A stretch of DNA of 63,791 nt, the filler included, from Welwitschia mirabilis (taxonomy: Eukaryota), in the NCBI GenBank assembly GCA_051453625.1. It is 8 parts of one record of this genome, joined end to end, with 100 filler letters (N's around TTAATTAATTAA, not from the genome) between each part and the next. Parts side by side here need not be neighbours in the genome. Positions count along the whole stretch, not along the records: positions 34,898 to 50,966 come from JBOZIK010000001.1; 7 more parts are not named here. One strand, 5' to 3'. Positions 38,143-51,066 of this stretch are shown piece by piece (position 1 is the first letter of the stretch; each line of letters starts with the position of its first letter). The position numbers were made by a program, and so were the translations under genes. Under the pieces are notes generated by a model. It was not told the origin of the DNA, did no database searches, and saw only the letters and a program-made list of their open reading frames with translations.

Positions 38143-41100
38143 TGATATAAGATAATGTAATGAGAACACCAAGATTACTTTTGAAGTTGTGTATTCAATG
38201 GGAAAAAGAAGGGTAAAAAAAAAAAAAAGAAATATGTATGAAAGCAAAGTATTAGAGGACATGAAAAAATCACTTTATATTAGTAGTATAGAAGCTTATA
38301 AACTAAAATCACTTTTGGCAAAGCTTCCGTAAGATTTCCTTAATAATGTCCTTTAAAGGTTTTATCCTAGATTTTACCACTTTGATGCCCTTAATCCTAC
38401 CACTCTCCTCTAGTTATAAGGCTTTAAGATAAATATTAATCATGAAATAATCCTCTAATATTACTGTTTTATTCATGAAGTAATCCTCTAATATTATTTT
38501 GTTATATATTTTATTATAAATAACTTCTAAACATAACATATTCCTCATAGCTAGATTCTCTCTAAACATGTTAAATTAAATAACTATTTATTTCCAACAT
38601 GATAATTATATATGATGGATTTTATTTTCTAAATAATTAAACTAAAATCTTAGTAAATAAACTCTTAATTATTGCAAATACATTTTTCTTATTTTTATTT
38701 TATAAGGATGTTCTTATATGATCCTCTCTTTCTTGAAAATATGCTGTCATACGGAAGGTATTTCTCCTATGTGAGACTTATGAAAATCATTCTCAGATAG
38801 TTATTCTTTAATATCTAAATTTCATTCCCTAGAGAATCCCCTAGTAATTGAACTAGTTACTCATTATACACTTTCCTTCATGTCAACTTCCCATGAATTT
38901 TAGAAATCATTGATTTCTCATCCATCTTCTACTTCCTCTTATTCATCTTTTACAACTTCATGATTCTCAATGATATTTTACCACATTAGAAACATTGAAT
39001 GTAGGTGAACTAATGACATTAGAATTTATTGAAATTGCATAAACCACTCTTCTAGAACTTGAGCTTATTATAGGTTTATATATCAAATATCTATTTTCAT
39101 AAGTATGTCATTACTATCTCATCCTCCTCAAAGTACATACATCTTTGGTGCTTGGCTGGTACATCTTTAGACTTATAGTTTAATGCTTACAAAGTCTATC
39201 ATACATACTTATGGAGCTCTATAATTCCCTTTTCATAGTGCTTTGTCATTACTAATGCTCCTAAAATATCATGTAATATATCTAGAATTCTTGAGTGATA
39301 TTTGTATACTTAATTAGTTAACAATTTTTCTATACTTTTATTGACTAAACCATTGTACAAAGTTTTTTATGTAATCAGTAGTTCTTCCACATATTTTATG
39401 TACCTTCATAAACGCATTTGAGCTAGCTTCCAATGTGGTAATTCATCACTTAAGTCTATCCATCTATTTATGGGTAGTATGTTGAAGAATATTACTACTT
39501 ACTATCCATTATATACCACAAAATCCACTAGAAAAAAGAAACAAACTTAACATCTCTATCTAAAAATATTATATTTAGCAATAATAAAGACTCATAATTT
39601 CTTTTAATAATAATGTAGAAATGTGTAAAACATCATTCATCTTGGAATCAGAAATAAAAAATATTATCATGTTGAATTTATCTACTATTACTAGGATGTA
39701 ATTAAAATAACGGAGTCCCACGATGATGTCCATAATGATGTCCCATCATGGTTTTACTAAAACTAGTAATGACATGTATAATCTACATTTATTGATCCTT
39801 CCTTTTTTCTTTCACATGTAAAGAAACTCTACACCATGAGCTTCACATTCCTATATGTACTTGGTTAATGGTATGAACTCTTTAATAGTTTAGAGATTTT
39901 ATTCCACTCATAATATCTACTTATGTCTCTATACTAATTTTTCCACAAGATGTTCCCCCTCATTGATCATTTGAGAATGTGCAACCTATCATCCTTCTAA
40001 AGCAAGTTCTTTTAAATATGAAATTTCTTACTGTCATATCCTTCAAAGGGATTCTTTAGTTTCTTCCAAATATCCTTAAATTTTAAATCATAATAATACA
40101 AATATTAAATGAGTGATAAATAAAAATTGAATATGAAAGATCTTACCTTGTACATCACATAACTTAGGGAATTTTTCACTTTATTTGTCTTCTTGCTTTT
40201 GTGCTTGATTATAAAATTAAAATCCTATATCTTCTTTGTCCACTTAATATATATATGTACATATAATGAACTTCTTTTATAGTAAGCAATGTATCAACTT
40301 ATTTAATGCTTATAATATGGCATGTATCTCTTCATCATAAGTTTAGTACTTTTTATTAGTATTATTTAATATCCACATAAAGAATGAAATGTATTTTTTT
40401 AGATACTTTGACTTTGTATATTTAACATCTCACTAAAGGAATAAGGTTTTTCCCCTTCTTTAAGTAATTACTCCTCTAATTCCTTTATTGCTTGCATCAT
40501 ACTTCACTTGGAAATTCTTACAAAATCTAGAAGTGCTAGTATAGGTCCTATAATAATTCTTTTCTTAAACTACTAAAATGCTTCATTTGCCTCATCAATC
40601 CACTTGAATAACCAATCCTTCTTAATGCTAGCCAACGTTAGTTCATAAATTCTAATGAAATACTTAGTAAACCTCATTTAAAAAATTTATAGCCTATGAA
40701 AAATTAAAAATCTCCTTTATTAAAGCTATTGTAGGTAATCTAGAAGAGCCTTTGTCTTAGGTGGATTCATTTTCATTTCATCTTTGGAGATAACTATCCT
40801 AAGGAACACTAACCTGGGATAAGCACAATTACACTTTTTGACCTTCATCATCAATTACTTTTCCTTTAATCTTTAAATAACCCTTATCAAATGCTCTTTA
40901 TTCTTTTAATATTATTATTAAAAACTAAAATACCATCTAGAAAAACAATAATAAACTTTCTAAGAAAAGGATTTAATGCTTTCATCATAAACCTCATGAA
41001 TGTACTTAGAGAAATCTTTAATCCAACTATCATTACTAATCATTTATATAATCCATTTGGAATATTAAAGTTATCTTCCATTCATATCCCTTTTGGATAC

Positions 41101-42950
41101 AGGTTTGACGGTATCCACTCGTTAAGTCTATCTTACTAAAGTACATGCACTCATCAAGAAATTCAAAATATCATCTATTTAAAATATAAGAAAGTAATAT
41201 CTTATGGTTATATTATTAATGAATTTTGAATTAATGACTTTACATAATTACTTGTTATCCTTCTTTGAAGTTAGTATCACTAGAAAATGAACATGATAAT
41301 TATTGGAATTAAGTGTAAAATTTTAAGTTGTTTTATGAATAGTAGACATAAGAAGTAAATGAATCAAACATTTTTACATATTATAAATGTTATCTAAACT
41401 AATTAAATAATTAATGATTAATAATAAAAAATTTATTACAAATAGTATTTTAGACAACTAGTTCATAGATGAATCACCTAGCTAAGTCTTGGACTTAGGC
41501 CTATGTAACTTTAGGTACTTCATTACAATTCATCTAACTTTCTTTTATTATATTATATTTAAAATAAAAAATCTTCATCTTATAGTGTTTTTCTAAGCAA
41601 GTTTTCAAAAATAAAATAAAACATGTTATTTCATGTTTCATTTCTCAAGTTAATAATTACTTAAATTAATTTAATAAACATATTAACAATCTCTTTAATT
41701 TTAACTTGGTTTTATCATTTTCAATTTTGGATTCAATTCGATTTATTTTATCTTCGTCTTTTTAACTTGTATTTCTTTTCTAAGTTTATAATCTTCAAAA
41801 TTATTTTACCTTCTAGTTATATTTTCATGAATTAGTAGGATAGTAAATTTTAAAAAATCCATTAATTTCAATTTTTAAGTATCTTATTTTAATGATGTAT
41901 TATTTTGGTAGCTAGCCATTTTATTACTTCATCTTACTTTAATATTAACCTTAAAATTTATTTTTATACTAATAATGATTTATTTGGAAATTTGTATTAC
42001 TTTCTTTAGAATGATAGCTCTTTATTCAAGTATTTATTTCATGTTAGAAGCTTTTCTTATTCTTAGGGAAAGTTATAAAATAAAACAAACATAAAGACAT
42101 TATAGAACTTTCTCTTTTATTACTTCGATAAAGATGATAATTACAGGGAACATGTATGGGGTAAATATTATGGAAAAAATTATAATACAAGAAATTACAT
42201 ATAAGACTCAAATAATTACTCCATTTATACTTTACAATCCTCCTCAATAATGTTTTGTGTTTCTTTGATAATTGATTTAGTAGCTTCTCTAATAGCTTCT
42301 CTAAGTTACACAGGTTGGTTTGGCTTAGAAGTCATTATTGGTTTATGAATGAAAAGCAAGCATTAATAAAGTTTCTTTAATTGAGTATAAAGCTTACCAA
42401 TAATATTTTATTATTAATCAAGATTATTTATCTTTTTATTCCTTTCTTATAAATTTTAAGCTTTCTTCCCTTAGAGCTGAGTAACTTATATTTTGTTTAG
42501 TAGATACTGAAGTATTTTGTTATCACTTTGCATACTTTAAAGCTCTTGTTCAGGTTGCTTATAAATTTTTTATATTTTTAAAAACTCTTAAAGAATTATT
42601 TTTAAAGCTCTTCCTTCTTCATTTATACCTTATTTATTTCTTTTAGAGTTATTTATTTTACTATTGCATGACAGTTGTAACTACTTATTATATTTTTGCC
42701 TCTACTACCTCTTCTATTGTAGTCATCTTTAGTTATTATGCATAAAATAAAATTTTCTAGACTTCTTTATTTATTAACGTATATCTTTGTAAATTTATTT
42801 TCATCAGGATCCTAGATTTAAGAATTCATTAGCTCTTTTAGTGATTCATTATCTCCATGATCAATGAAATTCTTTAATATTTTTATATATACTATTAAAT
42901 ATTAGGTGAATGTTCATTATTTTATAATGACTAGATCTAAACTAAGTTAA
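38143..42950 (-). mobile_element. Decayed Ty3/gypsy chromovirus (CRM/Galadriel-like) with 3' LTR (~38143-38718), PPT, chromodomain-like C-terminus, integrase, RNase H, RT and gag
   Basis: Minus-strand NGLYK*LVMIVGLKISLSTFMRF..PFLRKFIIVFLDGILVF (~40920-41055), LDFVR.FQVKYDASNKGIRGVI (~40465-40530), WDIIMDIIVGL (~39715-39745), YSSTYYP*IDG*T*VMN (~39440-39490), YNE*LVQ (~38850-38870); purine tract aagaaagagagga next to the LTR. Confidence 0.8.
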
Positions 42951-43899
42951 AAAATTAGTTACCAATTTATCCATGGGATCACTAGGGTAGTTTTTAGAAG
43001 TTTCACAAACTTTAACTTAAGTGCAAGTTACAAAAAGANNNNNNNNNNNNNNNNNNNNNNNNNNNNNNNNNNNNNNNNNNNNNNNNNNNNNNNNNNNNNN
43101 NNNNNNNNNNNNNNNNNNNNNNNNNNNNNNNNNNNNNNNNNNNNNNNNNNNNNNNNNNNNNNNNNNNNNNNNNNNNNNNNNNNNNNNNNNNNNNNNNNNN
43201 NNNNNNNNNNNNNNNNNNNNNNNNNNNNNNNNNNNNNNNNNNNNNNNNNNNNNNNNNNNNNNNNNNNNNNNNNNNNNNNNNNNNNNNNNNNNNNNNNNNN
43301 NNNNNNNNNNNNNNNNNNNNNNNNNNNNNNNNNNNNNNNNNNNNNNNNNNNNNNNNNNNNNNNNNNNNNNNNNNNNNNNNNNNNNNNNNNNNNNNNNNNN
43401 NNNNNNNNNNNNNNNNNNNNNNNNNNNNNNNNNNNNNNNNNNNNNNNNNNNNNNNNNNNNNNNNNNNNNNNAAAAAGAATAAAAAAAATGAAAAAGAGAA
43501 TTTTTTTTTAAACTTCAACTTGAAAAAGAGAGAAGCAAGCTAGCTCTATTGTTTTTTTAATTCATTCTCCAATAATTCTTCCATTTAATGTTGTCCACTA
43601 CTTTCTTATAATACACTTAAAACTGTCAAGTGTTTTTGGCTTAGGTTATGATTACATAATCTTATTTATCATATGAATGATGGTGAAGTCAATTGTCACT
43701 TGATCTTTCATAGCCTTAAATAATAATAAAAGGTAAGGTTTCTAAGTACTAAAAATCCATAAAGTTAAAAGGCTTATATTACATGCTTAATGAGTTCACT
43801 CAAATGCAATAAAGCTTAATGGTTAAGTTGCTTTCTAATCATTTCAAATATAAAATTAATCCATGATTTGAAAAAAAAGGCAAACAACTTTTTTTATTA

Positions 43900-44900
43900 A
43901 AGAAAGAAGTACTTTACAACAATGGAAAAAGGATGCTAGTGAAACTCCTTAATTAATACTCAAAGATAAGCTCATCTTCCAAATAGTTTCTTACAACGCC
44001 ATCACAACTAATGCTCCAAGATTTTATATTTTTCCAAAAGCTAAAATGATATAATTAAGGGTTTAAGGCTTTTTTATAGGGAGAGATGAGGATGAGGGGT
44101 GGTTATAAGCCCATAGCTTATAGATTTAAGTGGACATTTACATAATGATGGTATTAGGTAGGACAATTTGTTATCTTTTCCACTTGGTAGAGATTCTTAT
44201 GACAATGTTAATACTTGGCTCTTAAATGGTGATGCCTCCACCAATTATTGTCATACCATGTGTTTTTATCATCATCCTAACTTAGCCCTACTAAATTTTA
44301 CTCTACAAGTCCTCATCAACACCATCATATGTCTTCAATAATGCAATTTATTTTTGATGTCAAATTTGATTAAGTTCATAACTAATTTTGCTTTAATTCT
44401 TAATGATAAGATAGGAAGATAAGAATGGAGGTATGTTACTTACATAGGCCAATGGCACTGATAGTTTTAGTCAATGGCACTAGTGTTTCAGGCTAAATTA
44501 CAATTCAATTTAAGCATGTCCTCCAATTTGCCATATATAATTCAAAAATGTCATGGGCAATTGATAAGTCCATAGTTAATATTGAAAATCAATAGAAGAC
44601 ATATTTTTATGATAAAATCAATTATATTAATGTCATTAATTAATATTAATTAGTTATTTAACTTGATTATAATCTCAATTTTTACATGTTAACACCTCCT
44701 AATTAGACTTTTTCTAGTGCCTTAGTAAAATGTCAATAACAAAATGATTAAATATGGAAAAAATTATTGAAGTTGAAGTGCTCAAGTATGAAAATAATAT
44801 AACTTTAAAAAATTTTATGATCAATTTTCTGTAATTAAGTCATTAAAGAGAAAAATTTAGTGAAAAATAAGAAACTAAACCTTCTAATTAAAACTAAACT
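43900..44900 (-). mobile_element. LTR-like dispersed repeat (family X), inverted copy of 12300-13310
   Basis: The reverse complement aligns by eye (ctagaaaa.gtctaatt.ga.g.tgtgttaacatgtaaaaattga; cctataaaaa.g TATA region at ~44070). Confidence 0.6.
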
Positions 44901-45659
44901 TTTTCCTTAACATTATAAGGTATAAAAAATTTTAATTCATTTGAGGACATTAATTTAAAAAGATTATGATGAGTCCTTTTATTGAAAACCATGTAAAGTG
45001 ATGCAACTAAACTATAAAAGGAAAAGACTACTAATGCAAAAAACTAAGTAAACCCTTAATCCATAAAATAGTTTATGCTTTATGATTTATTTCTCATAAA
45101 ATAGAAGATGTAGGGAAGTGAAAAAAAGTGAAATGAAATATGAAAAAGGAATCAAAGGACTAAACCAAAACTTATAAATAAACAAGTGAACTTTTTTGAG
45201 TTAATGGATCTTCTTATATTTTTGTATTTTTTAACTTGATCTTAACATCAATTAAGTATAATCTCAATCTAATAACTTATATGAATTCAAGAAAATACTT
45301 CAAATCATAAGTATTAAAGTCAAAATATAATAGATCATAGAAATCCTCTAATTCCTATCTTTTTCATTCCTTTATTTTTCATTTCTATCTGATGTAGATG
45401 TTCTTTCTTTATGCCTTTAAATCACATTAATCATATAGTATTATGAAATTTTGTACTAAAAGAATTAAGCATGATGTTTCATGTAAAAATTAGTATTACA
45501 TTATGAGTGAGTGTTCATAGCCTTGATGTAGTTAAACATGCTATAATTAGGTCATTAGAGCTACATTACAATGAGCATTCATAGCTTCAATATAGTTAAC
45601 TAAACCCAATTAAGTGATTAATGATATATGCATTTTTTCATCTTCCCATATTCATTTTT

Positions 45660-48650
45660 TATAGGGATTTTAGATCTCATTAAGCATAGTAGAGGACTGA
45701 ATTTAGGAAAAACCTAGGAAGGATTCCTGATGTTTAATGAAATTAGCTCATTTTATTCATTAATTTTTGTAAACTTATACATATGTATTTACTAAATATG
45801 ATGCTAATAAAATCCTAAAATCTTGAAGTTGTATCACAAGATTTAAGGATGTTAAAATATTCAAACCTTAAATATGGTTCTTTAACTTAGACATGTAACA
45901 TTGTATAATCTAGATATTGATATATAATTAAGTAAAACCCAACAAACCCTTTTTTGATGTCAAGTCTGAAAGATGTAAAAGACTTAAGACATTACATAAT
46001 TACTAAAGCATGCCTCTAGAATAGCATTAGAGAATATAACAAAAGTACTAATCTAAAGAAGCACCAATTTTTGATCTAATAATAGAAGTACCAAGATACC
46101 GTATGTATAACTTCAAGGAATATTTCCTTTGAGTGACCTTCTCATATCAATCTACACCATCCTTTATACTATGCAACTTTAAAGAAGACATCCTTTGAGT
46201 AGTCTTCTCAAGCAATCTTAGTACCTCACTTGGAACTATGAAACACACCAAATACTTCAAATGGGATACACCCAAGAAAGGGATAAACCCAATTTATTTT
46301 CATATAAAAATAATATCATAAAAACTGTTCCATATCACTTTTTCATGATATTATTTCTATATGATATTGCATATTTAATTAGTTTTGACAAGTTCATAAC
46401 CAAGCTTAATAAATTAATCATTCAATCTTACTTTGCTTAGTGGGAGTTAACAAATTTAATCCTCCATCATACAGACTTTAAAAATACATTGTGTTCTAAC
46501 TATTAAAACACAATACCACTTAAGATCCCTATTGGCTCTTAAAAAAACACTTTATAATGAATGTTTTACCTTTTGCAAAGATATTTTAACATAAAAATTC
46601 ATTTAATTATATGATTTGAAGTTTTGAAGAACATAAATAAATTAAAATATACTTGGCTTATTTTAGATGCTAAGTCTCTCCATTCCTAAATAATTCCCAA
46701 CTTTTCCACCATTTACTCACGATAATGATAGTGTTTGTTGCCACCAGATAACTATTATTAGTTACACCACTAGAAATAAGTACTCTAAAATTATCATAGT
46801 TAAAATAATGATGATTGAAATTATTCTTATAGTATCTTTACTAGCTATTTTGGTTTTACATTTACTCTGCAAAATCTTCTCTTCCATTATGTTCTATATG
46901 CATCCGTGTATCTAAGCAACAAGGCCATGCTTGATCATGCTTATACTAATGCTTATATCAAGAGATCAAAGAAGCAATAACAATAATGGTAAAAATATAG
47001 AGATGATCAAGTAGCAGCAAAATGGGAGACCCCCTTACTTGATCTTCTTAAATGTCTTTATGGGATATGCTATTGTGATTATGACTTTAGTTGATGATTT
47101 TGGAGGAATATTACTAATACTAAATCACTTTACCTAGAATGGCATAACTTCTATAACTTTGTCATGCCATTATATCTAAAAACATGTGAATCATCATCCT
47201 TGTTAGTCATAAAATTTTTCTTCTTCAAAGTGCACTGTGAAGCCTCATCCTTAAGCTAATGATTATTAGAACTAGAGCCTACCCTATTCTAGTAAATTTT
47301 CCTCTTGTCTTCCTATATCTTCTTCCAAATCATGTAAAGATTAACCTTGTGAGGTGATCAAAATAGAAAATAGTCATCCAAAATTATGGACTTCCATAAC
47401 TTTAATTCTAGATCTATCAAAAGTACTATTTCATTTAATGCATCTTTGTATAACTCTAGTTGTTTTTTGTCTTTGAAAGTACTTCATGTGCATGCTAATT
47501 GAACAACACCATTTGCACTTATCTGCCATAGGCATAAATAATAAGAACCTTGGAAAGAATTACTTTGTCATATGGAGTCCTATAGGAGATGTCTTAAACT
47601 CATCAAGGATCATGCTTGCCTTTTTTTTTATCTAGATGTAATCCCTTATTAGTCTCGTTCGGTGGATGAATATGCTTTGCATGCAGTGTAGAGATTGATT
47701 TTGTCTTTTCTCTTTCTTCATCATATAGTTAATCATCATTGTTAGCCGAAGTATTATTACCATGTTAGTCAAGGTGCAGTAGTAGCTATGGATTTATCAT
47801 TAAGATCTAAGATGATGAATTAAATAAAATATTAAAAGTTATGCTCCAAGAAAATAATATCTCTAATAAAGGCATCCAATTTGATAGTTATGACATAGGT
47901 GAACTTGATCTATCTGTAAAGCTAGAGTGCTACATTATGGATCTATTAGTCTAATTTTAGAGCTAATAATATTTATGTAAATAGTAATGATAAAGGCTAA
48001 AAAACATGTTGAAGCATTATTTTTATATGACCCAAATGTGAGACTACTCTTATCACCATTACTAGTGAAGGCTCGTCAAGGAATTCTCAGCACTTAGGAT
48101 GAGAAGATTTCATTAACATGAGTGATGAAGAGATTACATTTCTTATAGAGAAAGGATATCATAAATTACTTTCTTGAAGGAATTAAAGTAAAAAATGCTA
48201 GGAAGAGGACAAAGATAAAGACTAATCTAGATCTCTACATTAAAAATATTTAAAGAAAGGATGAGAACACAGGAACAATGGGGTTAATGATCATGGATTT
48301 AAAAGGTGCAAGATTTGGGTTTTGTGATTAAATAAAAAGCGAAATGAATAAGAATCTAATATCAATTGTAGGAATTTTATATTTCATTAATCATAGTAGA
48401 GGATGAGAACTAGAAAAACCCCAATGAGGATTTATAATGTTTAATTAAATCAACTTGTTTTCTTCACTGATTTTTGTAAACTTATGCATATGTATTTTCT
48501 AAATATAATACTAATCAGATCCTAAATCTTGAATTCATATTACAAGATTTAAGAATATTACCACAACAAAATCTTAAATATAAGATTGTAACTTAAACAT
48601 TAAACATCTTATAATCTAAATATTAACATATGATTAACTAAAAGCCAACA
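45660..48650 (-). mobile_element. SIRE-like Ty1/copia remnant: two LTR ends (to 45944 and to 48650) with PPT and decayed internal sequence
   Basis: Direct repeats ~45685-45944 and ~48393-48650 both end in CCAACA (minus-strand TGTTGG start). The first is followed by aacccttttttgatgtc, the reverse complement of a CATCAAAAAGGG-type copia PPT. Internal coding motifs are only faint. Confidence 0.55.
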
Positions 48651-49451
48651 TTTTTTATGCACATTTAAAGGGGTCATTGGTTCATTAGCCTAATTAAGAT
48701 AAATCTTGTCCCCATCAAAGGATTTAAACTAAATAAATAGAAATAAAGGTGAATGCCATATTTTAAACCAAATTTTTACTAAAATCAAAGACTTTAACCA
48801 AATATTATCTTAACACTCACACTCTAAGTAGGAATAATTTTTTTAAAAATCCATAACTAAACTTAATTTTAATCAATACTGGGGTGATAATGAGCTTAAT
48901 TGTTTATTTATTTTTTTTAAAGAAGTCTTTAATATGGTTTATTAATCCCAAAAATTCATAAGCAAATGGCTACCATGAATGGTTCATGGACTTAATAAGA
49001 TGGTTTAAAAATGAATTTGATAAATGAAAAGGTTTAAAAGGGTGATGGGATGAGTGATAATGATGTGGAATGTTCATGAGAAAATCATCCTTAGGCAAAA
49101 AATAAATTTTTATAAGATGACTTATTTCAAAAGACTCAAAAAGATTGTAACTATTAGGTTTAGAGTCATAGAATTGATATTTAAGTTACAGCATAGAATG
49201 AGAAATATTTGGCTCATTAGGAGAACTTTTTGAATTATAAATTTTGTTAACTCTATTAACTGCTTCAAAATCATCTAGTAATGTTATTATGTTAAAAATG
49301 TTTCAGTTTACAGTCATGTTGCCAAACCATATCTCCATTTAATCATTCTTATAATTAATTAAAGCATTAGAAGTTGCAAGGAAGATCTTCCTAGAATAAT
49401 AAGAACTATGTTGCAATTTGTTACATTTATTTCTAAAATAATGAAGTTTAT

Positions 49452-50709
49452 TATTACAATGCCAATTTGTAGGAATTTGATGGTATACTTTGAGTACTTT
49501 TGCAGGACATTCACATAGGTCTTGATGCAATACTGATGACAATGGAGATTCGATAAGATGATCAGTAAAACATGTAATACTTGGCATTTTTGGCAATTTC
49601 TCAGGCCTATACTAACACTGCATATGTGGAAGAAGAACTTTATGATGTAAAAGAATAACTTACCTTTGATATTAGAGAAAAAAGGTTGTCATCCCCTGTG
49701 TCATCTTCATGATAGGTAGGATGATGACACTGCTAATATGGATAGAGGCTATAGGGCTGACAGCATTACATAAATCACATGGAGGCATCTTGTACATCGT
49801 GATGTCCCCTATGTCATGCCAAATACATGCAAGACAACAACTATTTTTTCATGTTTGAAAGAAATATCTTTGTAAATGTAGTCAAGCAAATCATGTGGGT
49901 TATTAGGGTTTTTGTTTCTCACATTTAGGGTTTTGCTTCTATAACCTCAAATGAAATACTATAAATACCCTTCTTCTCCTTTATTTCTACTCCATCTTTT
50001 GTACCTGATACTTGTGATAGAGGATTGAAGGGTAAGAGATCCATCTAGAGCTATGAAAAGGAGTCTTCTTGGTGTTAGGCTGAGTCCCTTCCATTGAGGT
50101 GTTATTATTCTATTGTAATGGGATGTTATGTTTTGAATACTCTTTAGATTAATACAATTTCTCTTTTCATTCAAATTCTGTAAATGTACCTTATGGTNNN
50201 NNNNNNNNNNNNNNNNNNNNNNNNNNNNNNNNNNNNNNNNNNNNNNNNNNNNNNNNNNNNNNNNNNNNNNNNNNNNNNNNNNNNNNNNNNNNNNNNNNNN
50301 NNNNNNNNNNNNNNNNNNNNNNNNNNNNNNNNNNNNNNNNNNNNNNNNNNNNNNNNNNNNNNNNNNNNNNNNNNNNNNNNNNNNNNNNNNNNNNNNNNNN
50401 NNNNNNNNNNNNNNNNNNNNNNNNNNNNNNNNNNNNNNNNNNNNNNNNNNNNNNNNNNNNNNNNNNNNNNGCATTTCATATTCATTCATCTTGCATTACA
50501 TTTAGTTTATTATTTACTTTTATTTATTAAAAGATAAAAGATCAAAATACCTTTGGAAATAAATTCTCTAACTCTAAGGCTAGTGCCTTTGTTGGGATTA
50601 TGACATTTAAGTGAACTCCCGTCTATACTTGAGTGTGGTTTCTGCAAGTTATTTGATTTACAAGTTTACTTAAAGAGCTTAAGGATTGCATAAATTCACA
50701 CTACAATCA
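49452..50709 (+). mobile_element. Athila-type 5' LTR (family B) followed by a decayed tRNA-Asp PBS (50713-50730)
   Basis: T(A)TTACAATGCC...CTACAATCA termini; TATA ctataaataccc at ~49959; tagtgctattttcaagaa differs from TGGCGCCGTTGCCGGGGA almost only by transitions. Confidence 0.8.
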
Positions 50710-51066
50710 TTTTAGTGCTATTTTCAAGAAAGGCCATAAGGAACTAAGAGGATTGTCATTAACCAGATAAGTACCTTAAATCTGTTATTCAAATTATTTA
50801 TTTATATTTATGTTCTATTTCTAATGTAGTTTAAATTAGGTTTATTCTACATCACTTTATTTTCTGCAATTTTTCTTAGGGATCTTGTCATTTTCTTTAT
50901 CGTCCCAATGATATAGGGTAAGACAGTTTAAAATTTTAAGATTTTTTTTTTTTTTGTTTTTATTCANNNNNNNNNNNNNNNNNNNNNNNNNNNNNNNNNN
51001 NNNNNNNNNNTTAATTAATTAANNNNNNNNNNNNNNNNNNNNNNNNNNNNNNNNNNNNNNNNNNNN

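Noticed and set aside
1212..50537. Long ORFs in the supplied track composed mostly of X
   Set aside because: They are artefacts of translating through N gaps.
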